Positions 30,161-37,487 of a stretch of 64,000 bases of DNA are shown here, piece after piece. The notes under the pieces were generated by a model that was not told the DNA's origin, searched no databases, and saw only the letters and a program-made list of their open reading frames with translations. The translations under genes were made by a program, and so were the position numbers. The DNA is taken from positions 124,001 to 188,000 of IMG/VR virus record IMGVR_UViG_3300043399_000272. One strand, written 5' to 3'. The first letter of the stretch is position 1. Every line of letters starts with the position of its first letter.

Positions 30161-30476
30161 TTATTGCTGTATGAAGCAAAGAGAAAAGTGTTCTGGACCC
30201 GGGTTCGACTCCCGGCATCTCCACCATAAGCACACTAGTTGGGACAAAACGGTTAGATGTTTCCTCGCAAGACGAACTCTAAGCGCCCATCTAGTTAGTG
30301 TGTTTATGATGGGGATGACTTTGGTTTTCGACAGGGCAAAGAGTAACAGAGTGGACAGCACATCAGCAACGATGTAAAAAGAAGAAAATCTATAACTGCA
30401 AACGCAGCCAATGATGAGGTATTTGCCCTAGCGGCATAATCTCTGGGGGAACTATCCCTTATAACCCAAAATAGTA
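30161..30476 (+). ncRNA. ssrA: Circularly permuted (two-piece) tmRNA
   Basis: The acceptor piece comes first: T-arm CCGGG-TTCGACT-CCCGG and CATCTCC-A-CCA ending at 30226. An intervening segment spans 30227-30310. The coding piece starts GGGGATG at 30311 and pairs with CATCTCC including G3.U70. Tag ORF 30398-30439 reads ANAANDEVFALAA*. Confidence 0.93.
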
Positions 30477-30499
30477 ATAGGGACTCAGTCCCTATTTTT
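30476..30499 (+). terminator. Intrinsic terminator after the tmRNA
   Basis: AATAGGGAC-TCA-GTCCCTATT followed by a T run. Confidence 0.75.
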
Positions 30500-31118
30500 C
30501 TGGATATTGCCAAGTCCAAGACCCGTCCTCTCTATATAATCTCGTTCTGCCCTTAACCTTAGTAGATAATTTAGCGGCACCTTTTCTAGCATTTTCGGCA
30601 GCCTGAGGATTTGAAAGCCCTTTATTCCAACTACTTACTCTTGGATTTTTAATTACAAGTCTCTTGCCAATATTATTTCTAGCAGTATTTCTTGCGGCAC
30701 AAGATTGACTGCAAAAAGGCTTTTCTCGTAACGGATGATGACAAAATTCTAACTTACTAAAAATCTTTGAACACTCTAAACATAAATATTGCCTACTTTC
30801 TTTTGGTTTAGTTTTTGTTCTTTTATTTTGAACAGAAAGTAATTTTGAATGTTCTAACCTTGCTCTTTCGTAATATCTGTTGGTATAGTTCTTTTTTCTA
30901 CCCATTAGATTTACAGCATGCCATTGGGTTCCTCCGTAGATTTTTGCCAAAAGAATGTGTGCTACATAATGTTCTCTGGCTGTTAAATTAACAAGATTAT
31001 CCGGGTCACCAGTCCCGCCCATAGATTTAGGAATAATATGATGGGCTTCTTTGTATCCCTCTAACAATCTTTCTTTTGCTCTTTCTATTAACAAATTATA
31101 GTGTTTGGTGTAGTTCAT
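30492..31118 (-). CDS. HNH homing endonuclease
   Basis: EAHHIIPKSMGG...NLVNLTAREHYVAHILL; C-terminal Zn finger (CLEC..FCSQSC) and NUMOD-like WNKGL. Confidence 0.9.
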   Translation of the reverse strand: MNYTKHYNLLIERAKERLLEGYKEAHHIIPKSMGGTGDPDNLVNLTAREHYVAHILLAKIYGGTQWHAVNLMGRKKNYTNRYYERARLEHSKLLSVQNKRTKTKPKESRQYLCLECSKIFSKLEFCHHPLREKPFCSQSCAARNTARNNIGKRLVIKNPRVSSWNKGLSNPQAAENARKGAAKLSTKVKGRTRLYREDGSWTWQYPEK

Positions 31119-31127
31119 AACTTTATT

Positions 31128-31211
31128 TATGCTTTAGCAGCCTGATAACGGCAGCTTGGGGTAAGACATACCTCGCAACAGAACCTCAGAAAGGGCACTA
31201 GTTGCCCTTTT
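31128..31211 (+). pseudogene. Displaced second 3' end of a tmRNA coding piece (…YALAA**) with its own terminator
   Basis: tat gct tta gca gcc tga taa, then a GGGGT..ACCTC stem and an AAAGGGCA/TGCCCTTT-T terminator (31190-31211), in the same order as 30422-30499. Confidence 0.65.
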
Positions 31212-31249
31212 CTTTTGTAAACAATATGTTATGCATATATACTTGCATC

Positions 31250-31558
31250 ATGAGCAATGAGCAAGCAAAATTTCTAAACTCACGCCGCCGTCATAAGACC
31301 GACGTTGCAATCGCAAGACAAGTCAGAATTGCAAAACAACACAATTTAGGCTTCAACGACAAGCCCATCAAAGAACCCCACAGATTAGCAAAACACCACA
31401 CAATGGATTGTGGTAATCCCAAATGCTTCTTGTGTGGTAATCCACGAAAATCTCATAAAGATAGATTGACTGCACAAGAGAAAAGATTGTTCCAAGATAC
31501 GGAACAAAAAAGAGACCGTCATAGCAACGGTCTAGAAAATTCTGATGGCTCAGAATAA
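31250..31558 (+). CDS. Hypothetical basic protein with C-x4-C-x2-C motif
   Basis: HHTMDCGNPKCFLCGNPR; start revised to ATG 31250. Confidence 0.65.
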   Translation: MSNEQAKFLNSRRRHKTDVAIARQVRIAKQHNLGFNDKPIKEPHRLAKHHTMDCGNPKCFLCGNPRKSHKDRLTAQEKRLFQDTEQKRDRHSNGLENSDGSE

Positions 31559-31590
31559 CATACTAAATAAATCTTTAAGAGGAAAACAAT

Positions 31591-32043
31591 ATGAAGAAAA
31601 TCGCAATCGCATCTATTATCGCTTTGGCTGCTACAGCAGCATCTGCCTTAGAAGTAGGTACATCAGTAACACGTGATTACTCAGGTGAACCTGACCGCAA
31701 CGGTGGTGGTGTTAGTCTAACACAGCGTTATGGTGCTGTCGGCGTCACTGCTGGTTTTGACCGCTTTACTAAGGGTTCAAACGACCAGGATCGTTATAGT
31801 GTTGTAGCTGGATACGACATGGCTAAAGTCGGTCGATTCACCGTGACTCCTAAATTGGGTGTAGCTTATTTGAACAACCAAGTTGGTCAAGACGGTTATG
31901 CTATGACTGCTGGTGTTGGTATTTCTACTCCTATCACTAAGCAAGTTAGTCTAGGTCTAGACCTAGCTAGTCAACGTGGTCAAGACCGTGTTAAGTCTAG
32001 TGATGGTAATACTGTCGCAGTTGGTCTAAGCTATAAGTTCTGA
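31591..32043 (+). CDS. Outer-membrane beta-barrel protein (8-stranded, OmpA/OmpX/Lom-like)
   Basis: Signal peptide MKKIAIASIIALAATAASA, alternating amphipathic strands, C-terminal VGLSYKF BAM signal. Confidence 0.8.
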   Translation: MKKIAIASIIALAATAASALEVGTSVTRDYSGEPDRNGGGVSLTQRYGAVGVTAGFDRFTKGSNDQDRYSVVAGYDMAKVGRFTVTPKLGVAYLNNQVGQDGYAMTAGVGISTPITKQVSLGLDLASQRGQDRVKSSDGNTVAVGLSYKF

Positions 32044-32060
32044 TATTGAACTTCTCACAC

Positions 32061-32083
32061 AAAGGCTACTTCGGTAGCCTTTT
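32061..32083 (+). terminator. Intrinsic terminator
   Basis: AAAGGCTAC-TTCG-GTAGCCTTTT. Confidence 0.9.
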
Positions 32084-32103
32084 ATTTTGGCATATTTTTC
32101 AGG

Positions 32104-32121
32104 TTGTCACAGTATTGTCAC
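32104..32121 (+). promoter_or_regulatory. Pho box
   Basis: TTGTCAC-AGTA-TTGTCAC, an 11-bp-period direct repeat just upstream of pstS. Confidence 0.8.
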
Positions 32122-32167
32122 AATTCTACAAGTAAATAATTATGTGTAACACAAAGGAGAAACACAC

Positions 32168-33172
32168 ATGAAAAAACTTATTATAGGTTTATTTGCTTTC
32201 TTAATGTCAGTTGCTTATGCTGCTGATATTACAGGTGCCGGCGCTACTTTCCCTTATCCCATTTACTCTAAGTGGGCAGAAGTCTACAAGAAAGAAACAG
32301 GTGTTGGGCTTAACTATCAAAGCATCGGTAGCTCAGGTGGTATTCGACAGATTAATGCCAAAACTGTAACATTCGGTGCAAGTGATGCACCAGTAAAAAG
32401 TGAAGATTTAGATAAGAATGGACAAGTTCAGTTTCCTGCAATTATCGGAGGAACCGTTCCTGTAATTAATTTGGATGGGTTCAAACCAGGAGAACTTAAA
32501 ATTACTGGTACTGTGTTAGCAGAAATCTATTTAGGTGAGATAACAAAATGGAATGACTCTAAACTGCAAGAATTGAATCCAGGTAAGAATTTACCTAACA
32601 TAAACATAACTGTTGTACACAGAGCAGATGGTAGTGGAACAACATTTAACTTTACTGATTATCTTAATGAAGTTAGTACTAAGTGGAAAGAACAAGTAGG
32701 AAAAGGCGCTGCCGTGAAGTGGCCCGCTTCCAGTAGTGTAGGGGGCAAGGGAAACGAGGGTGTTGCTGCCAATGTCAACCGTGTCAAGGGTGCAATAGGA
32801 TATGTTGAGTATGCTTATGTTAAGAAAAACAACATGAACTTCTTACAGTTACAAAACAAAAGCGGTAGATATGTAAGTCCTGATGATTTAACATTTGCAG
32901 CCGCTGCTAGTAAAGCAGATTGGTTCAGCGTACCGGGAATGGGAATCAGTATCGTAAACCAAGTAGGAAATGATGTATGGCCTATTTCTACAGCTAGTTT
33001 TATTATCATGTATAAAAATCCAACTGACAAAAAAGCAAGTCAAGACGTTTTGAAATTTTTTGACTGGGCATTTAAGAACGGAAAGAAAGACGCAATTGAT
33101 TTAGATTACGTCCCGCTTCCTGACTCATTAACCAAACAAATTCGTGAAAGAGTTTGGAGTCAAATCAAATAA
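32168..33172 (+). CDS. pstS: Phosphate ABC transporter substrate-binding protein
   Basis: ITGAGATFPYP, YQSIGSSGG, FGASDAP, RADGSGTT, GAIGYVE; signal peptide. Confidence 0.97.
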   Translation: MKKLIIGLFAFLMSVAYAADITGAGATFPYPIYSKWAEVYKKETGVGLNYQSIGSSGGIRQINAKTVTFGASDAPVKSEDLDKNGQVQFPAIIGGTVPVINLDGFKPGELKITGTVLAEIYLGEITKWNDSKLQELNPGKNLPNINITVVHRADGSGTTFNFTDYLNEVSTKWKEQVGKGAAVKWPASSSVGGKGNEGVAANVNRVKGAIGYVEYAYVKKNNMNFLQLQNKSGRYVSPDDLTFAAAASKADWFSVPGMGISIVNQVGNDVWPISTASFIIMYKNPTDKKASQDVLKFFDWAFKNGKKDAIDLDYVPLPDSLTKQIRERVWSQIK

Positions 33173-33176
33173 TCGA

Positions 33177-33422
33177 CTACACTGATTGAGTAGTACCGGA
33201 ACTCGTAACCGGTTGTTTATTTAAAACAAGAGGCTCATTTTGAGCCTCTATTTCCATTCCCCATTTGAATTTTAACCATATTCGTTCGTGTATGTAATGA
33301 ACAAATGTCATTGCTATATTGATTAGTATAGCTCCTTCTAACCCAGTAAAAACGGCTGTAACAGCCGTCGCAGTAACTCTCCAACTCGCCGCTCGGGCAA
33401 CTGTCCTTGTGTGTGATTCCAT
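33177..33422 (-). CDS. DUF2061-like small membrane protein
   Basis: MESHTRTVARAASWR...HYIHERIW...W; GGAGA SD. Confidence 0.7.
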   Translation of the reverse strand: MESHTRTVARAASWRVTATAVTAVFTGLEGAILINIAMTFVHYIHERIWLKFKWGMEIEAQNEPLVLNKQPVTSSGTTQSV

Positions 33423-33549
33423 AATTTCTCCCAAATCATTTTACTTATTATGGGTAAATTAACTATAATAGTCGCATACTTAGCACTCTGTAGACCACTA
33501 AGTAAATGTATAGAGTGCTCTAGTAAAGTGCTCTACGAAAGTATAGGAA

Positions 33550-33921
33550 ATGTCAAATTTAGGTTGTTTTACTTGTTTAAATTGTGGGAAAGTCAATCCG
33601 ATAAAGGGTCACAGTTATACAAACAAATACTGCAATAACAGTTGTCAGCAAGAACATCAAAGACGCCACAAAGCGTTTGAAAATGTTCAGCGTTGGAAAG
33701 AAAGCAAAGAGCCACAAGCCTGGGCAAAAATTCCCGATTGGATTAGGAAGTATTTGATTGATAACAGAGGGCACAAGTGTGAATCATGTAGCAATGAAAC
33801 ACACAATGGGAAAGAGATTCCACTAGATGTAACTTATCGTGATGGTGATAGTTACAATACAAAGGAAGACAACTTAATGTTGATATGCCCCAATTGTAGG
33901 GCACAGAGAAAATTTCATTAA
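33550..33921 (+). CDS. Zn-finger/HNH-like endonuclease with degenerate active site
   Basis: CLNC..YCNNSC; CESC...LDVTYRDGD..N...NL..ICPNC (canonical His residues replaced). Confidence 0.6.
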   Translation: MSNLGCFTCLNCGKVNPIKGHSYTNKYCNNSCQQEHQRRHKAFENVQRWKESKEPQAWAKIPDWIRKYLIDNRGHKCESCSNETHNGKEIPLDVTYRDGDSYNTKEDNLMLICPNCRAQRKFH

Positions 33922-33939
33922 CACACAAAGGAAACACAA

Positions 33940-34485
33940 ATGAAAACAATCGGCGATAAAATTACAAGTTTTGCAGTTACTGGCGTTAAGCCCGGCGCAC
34001 TTACTCCAGAGGGCGCATTCGAAACTATTACTGACAAAAGTTTCGAAGGAAAATGGAAAGTTATTGTTTACTATCCTAAGGACTTCACTTTCGTATGTCC
34101 TACTGAGATTGTTGCTTATGACAAGCTCAATGGTGACTTTAGTGACCGTGACGCAGTTCTATTGATCGGTAGTACTGACAATGAATTCTGTAAACTAGCA
34201 TGGCGTAATGCACACGCGGATCTAAAAGAGACAAACTCTTGGTCATTCGCTGATGTTGCACGTGACGAAAACAGTCTAGCACAACAACTAGGTATCTTCT
34301 ATGGTCCAGCAGGTGCGGCACTTCGTGCTACATTCATCGTTGACCCTGATAACGTTATCCAGCACGTTACAGTAAACAACTTGGACGTTGGTCGTAACCC
34401 AGATGAAACATTGCGTATTCTTGACGCATTGCAAACCGGTGAACTATGCCCATGCTCACGTCCAATCGGTGGTGAGACACTATAA
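33940..34485 (+). CDS. ahpC: 2-Cys peroxiredoxin
   Basis: YPKDFTFVCPTE, RATFIVDP, VGRN..E.LR..DALQ..ELCPC. Confidence 0.96.
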   Translation: MKTIGDKITSFAVTGVKPGALTPEGAFETITDKSFEGKWKVIVYYPKDFTFVCPTEIVAYDKLNGDFSDRDAVLLIGSTDNEFCKLAWRNAHADLKETNSWSFADVARDENSLAQQLGIFYGPAGAALRATFIVDPDNVIQHVTVNNLDVGRNPDETLRILDALQTGELCPCSRPIGGETL

Positions 34486-34820
34486 TGTATTATCACGCAC
34501 ACATCTACTGGCAGAATGAAGCGCAAAGGTTTGAAGCACTAAAACTAAGACAACCTTTGCAAGAGTTGGGTTGCCAACTCGGCTCGATGCATGATGAACC
34601 AATTGGTCCTCATCCTTATGCAATGTATCAAGTTAATTACAATAGCAATATTGCAGAAGACGTTGAAGAATTTCTTTCTAAAACTAAACTAGATATTCTG
34701 TTGCATGAAGATACAGGAGATGATGTGCGTGATCATACAACTGGTGCAAGGTGGATTGGGAACAAACTTACTCTAAACATTGAGTGGTTAAGAAACTATA
34801 TGAGAGGAGAAAGAAAATGA
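34485..34820 (+). CDS. DOPA 4,5-dioxygenase family protein
   Basis: YHAHIY, PIGPHP..MYQ, ILLH..TG...RDH..GA.W.G. Confidence 0.85.
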   Translation: MYYHAHIYWQNEAQRFEALKLRQPLQELGCQLGSMHDEPIGPHPYAMYQVNYNSNIAEDVEEFLSKTKLDILLHEDTGDDVRDHTTGARWIGNKLTLNIEWLRNYMRGERK

Positions 34821-34882
34821 ACTTTCGTGATTTATTTGAGTATCTAAAAAGAGAACACTGCCCTACTTGTCAAGGTAAATAA
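34817..34882 (+). CDS. 21-aa CxxC micropeptide
   Basis: MNFRDLFEYLKREHCPTCQGK; GGAG SD; ATGA and TAATG overlaps at both ends. Confidence 0.55.
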   Translation: MNFRDLFEYLKREHCPTCQGK

Positions 34883-35505
34883 TGTTAGAAACTATTTGTG
34901 ATACATTAGTAGAAGCATATAAACGTAATTGGATTACCAGTCGTGATGGCAATGTAAGCATTCGTCACCATGACAGAAATCATTTTTATATTACTCCTAG
35001 CGGCGTGCGTAAGCAAACTCTACAGCCCGATCAATTCAAGAAAATTAGTATTCATGGGTTGCTTTGGCAAGAGGAACATTATACAGACATAAGTGCTAAA
35101 TTAAAACCTAGCGGCGAATTACCACTGCATTTTGGTTTGCAAAGAGCAATGGGGCAACATCGCAATGATGTTAGAGTTGTAGTACATCTACATCCCACAT
35201 ATTGTGTTGCTGCAATGCATAGGGGAATTGAGTTGGGAAATCTTGCAAAAGATTTTCCTGAACTTAGTCGCTATACAAAAGTTGCACCTAACGTAGGAGA
35301 TGTTCCTCCAATTAGTCAAGAACTGGCTGATGCTTGTCATAAGAATTTGGAACTTGATGAATATTCAGGTAACATAAAGTATGATATTGTTGGCATTAAA
35401 GGTCATGGAGTTGTAGCTATTGATACAAGTCCATGGAGAGCGTTTGAGCATATCGAACGACTAGAACACATTTGCCAAATCGTATTGGCGTCCGGAAAAT
35501 ACTAA
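34882..35505 (+). CDS. Class II aldolase/adducin family protein
   Basis: DGNVS, ITPSG, KPSGE..LH, VVHLHP, GHGV. Confidence 0.88.
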   Translation: MLETICDTLVEAYKRNWITSRDGNVSIRHHDRNHFYITPSGVRKQTLQPDQFKKISIHGLLWQEEHYTDISAKLKPSGELPLHFGLQRAMGQHRNDVRVVVHLHPTYCVAAMHRGIELGNLAKDFPELSRYTKVAPNVGDVPPISQELADACHKNLELDEYSGNIKYDIVGIKGHGVVAIDTSPWRAFEHIERLEHICQIVLASGKY

Positions 35506-35514
35506 GGAAATAAA

Positions 35515-35682
35515 ATGCAAGTAAGAGTAGCAGAAGAAGGTAAAAGAATTGGTACGTGTGGTTGCGGTCGTAGCCCCACCGGTGACTGTATCGGTTGGCA
35601 CGGTCTAACAGAAGATCAATTTCAATTAGAATTATCAAAATATAAAGAAACAGTTTTAGAAGAAAAAACAAGAGAGGAATAA
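35515..35682 (+). CDS. CDGSH-type iron-sulfur-like small protein (55 aa)
   Basis: AAGGA SD; CGCGRSPTGDCIGWH approximates the C-x-C-x2-S...C-x-G-x-H ligand set. Confidence 0.65.
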   Translation: MQVRVAEEGKRIGTCGCGRSPTGDCIGWHGLTEDQFQLELSKYKETVLEEKTREE

Positions 35683-35684
35683 TT

Positions 35685-36203
35685 ATGACACAATGGGTAG
35701 ACGCATTAAAAGAACAAAGTATCCCTGATTATGCAAAGGATACAAAGTTAAATATGGACGCAGTTATCAAGCGTTCAGCACTTCCCGTAGAAGAGGCAGA
35801 AGCGGTTGCATTAGCAGCAGCATTTGCAACAGGCAATAGCAAACTATGGACTTGGATGGAAAGTCAGATTGCTAACAAGACTGAGACACATGCAGCACTT
35901 ACAGCGGCAGCATTGATGGCACAAAACAACGTTTGGTATCCGTTTGTTGAAATGGCTGATGACGAAAATCTAAAAGGTCTTCCTGCTCAATTACGTATGA
36001 ATGCTATTAGTACAAGCGGTGGTACAACTAAAGAACGTTTTGAAGCATATAGCTTGGCAGCAAGTATTGTTGGTAAGTGCCACTTCTGTGTAAAAGCACA
36101 TTATGAAGGACTAAAGAAAATGGGCTATACAGTAGAACAACTACGTGATATAGGTCGCATTGCAAGTGTCATTAACTCAGTATCTAAAGTAGTAGCAAAC
36201 TAA
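35685..36203 (+). CDS. ahpD: Alkylhydroperoxidase AhpD (CMD family)
   Basis: IPDYAKD.KLN, MAQNNVWY, FE...LAAS...KCHFCV..H. Confidence 0.92.
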   Translation: MTQWVDALKEQSIPDYAKDTKLNMDAVIKRSALPVEEAEAVALAAAFATGNSKLWTWMESQIANKTETHAALTAAALMAQNNVWYPFVEMADDENLKGLPAQLRMNAISTSGGTTKERFEAYSLAASIVGKCHFCVKAHYEGLKKMGYTVEQLRDIGRIASVINSVSKVVAN

Positions 36204-36204
36204 T

Positions 36205-36612
36205 ATGGCAAGTCTAGCTGAATATTTTGAGAAGAACCGTCCTCAACCTTATTTTGAGTTCGGTACACGTGTGTTCGGTAAATGGAATAAGATTCCTTTT
36301 GTTGGCACAGTATACGGGGATGGTATGATCAATGAAGAAGACGGCCCACGCCTAACAATTCATCTAGACTTGCCCATTAAAGTTGATAACACAGTTAAAA
36401 CAATTATAATTGATACGTATGACAAATTTAAGGGTCTAGTAGAATTATCAGACCCGGATGCGCCCGTAGCTGATCGGAAAGCAAGAGCCTCTAAAACTCA
36501 AGGTAGTGGGTTCGACTCCCACCGAGCGCACCAAACAAAACCTAAAGCTAAGGAGAAATCTAAGTCAACTTCTCTATTAGAGAATTTGAAAAAGCTCAGG
36601 GAAAAGAAATAA
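36205..36612 (+). CDS. Hypothetical protein whose C-terminal part overlaps a tRNA gene
   Basis: Globular N-terminus (GTRVFGKWNKIPFVG..IHLDLP); the tail DAPVADRK...HRAHQ is encoded by the tRNA sequence. Confidence 0.65.
   Translation: MASLAEYFEKNRPQPYFEFGTRVFGKWNKIPFVGTVYGDGMINEEDGPRLTIHLDLPIKVDNTVKTIIIDTYDKFKGLVELSDPDAPVADRKARASKTQGSGFDSHRAHQTKPKAKEKSKSTSLLENLKKLREKK
36460..36533 (+). tRNA. tRNA with CUA anticodon (amber suppressor type), imperfect stems, nested in a CDS
   Basis: Acceptor GCGCCCG/CGAGCGC (6/7 pairs) plus A-CCA; T8A9; D-stem GCT/AGC with GG; anticodon loop CT-CTA-AA (CTA at 36491-36493) on AGAGC/ACTCA (3/5 pairs); perfect T-arm GTGGG-TTCGACT-CCCAC. Confidence 0.8.
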
Positions 36613-36620
36613 ATATCTGT

Positions 36621-36773
36621 ATGATTAAGTTACCTTTTATAGGATTAATGGGAGTAGGAAGCGATAACATGCTTTATACTCCTAATGGCGAAGCTCTATT
36701 CAGAGCGCCCGAATGGGCAGCGTGGCGCATCCAGCGCATTCAACATTGGATTGCACAAAAAACTTGGAGATAA
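36621..36773 (+). CDS. 50-aa hypothetical protein
   Basis: ATG 5 nt after TAAATA; MIKLPFIGLMGVG...QKTWR. Confidence 0.55.
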   Translation: MIKLPFIGLMGVGSDNMLYTPNGEALFRAPEWAAWRIQRIQHWIAQKTWR

Positions 36774-36775
36774 AA

Positions 36776-37378
36776 ATGGCATAGATTGAATTTGATTGTA
36801 AAGACATAGTGTTTCACTTCAACAAGAAACACCTAGAAGATCAGACCATTCCCATGTGGGTCTTAAAATTTCATGGTGAAACATATTATGTGAATCATGT
36901 GGAATGCAATGTTCCATGGTCTACTAAAGAGACTCCTGACAATTCACATACTAAAGGCTCTATTAAAGTCAGAGACTGTTTGTTACAGATTGCCGATAAC
37001 AACGAAGCCAAAATATCACCCATCACAGAAATTGACAAAGCACGAATCCGTAATACCAAAAAAGGTATCACCCGCGTTACAGTTAGTGAGCGTAACTGGG
37101 GAGGACAAAAGTTGCGTAAGTTGTTACGAGAAAAGAAAATCAAGCATGGCCCTATCAAAACTATAGGTGGCGCATGTACAACATCTTTCCATATCACTGA
37201 TATTTTTAACGAACAGGATGTAACTTATCTTGCGTTAATGTTGTCTGATACTGACTTTAGAAAACTCATGCCTAATGAAGGATACTACAGGATGTACGAT
37301 GACCCAAAGTATCAAGGGACCGGCGATATCGATTTGGATGCTGAGGACTGGTCCGATGATGACGAGAACGACCAATAA
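36776..37378 (+). CDS. Hypothetical protein with in-frame TAG at codon 3 (MA*IEFDCKDIVFHFNKK...)
   Basis: GGAGA SD plus ATG at 36776, in frame with the ORF called from GTG 36809; TAG at 36782-36784. Confidence 0.65.
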
Positions 37379-37487
37379 TCTTTAAAATATCAAAGCCCTA
37401 TGCTACACTAAATACTGTTGAAGCATGGGGCTTCACCTAACACTCTTTAAATATTATGGTCTTAGAGTGTGACCAGAAAAGGAAAAT

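Noticed and set aside
29636-30198. CRISPR array
   Set aside because: There are only two copies, 523 bp apart, and they are tmRNA-derived. No cas genes are present.
30156-30519. ORFs 30156-30377, 30161-30361 and 30304-30519
   Set aside because: They are shadows of the tmRNA gene.
33480-33521. CIRCE (HrcA operator)
   Set aside because: The left arm TTAGCACTC is perfect, but the spacer is 24 nt rather than 9 and the right arm is imperfect.
36460-36533. tRNA-Arg(UCU) reading of the nested tRNA
   Set aside because: That register gives C33 and only two anticodon-stem pairs. The CUA register gives U33, A37, three pairs and canonical arm spacing.
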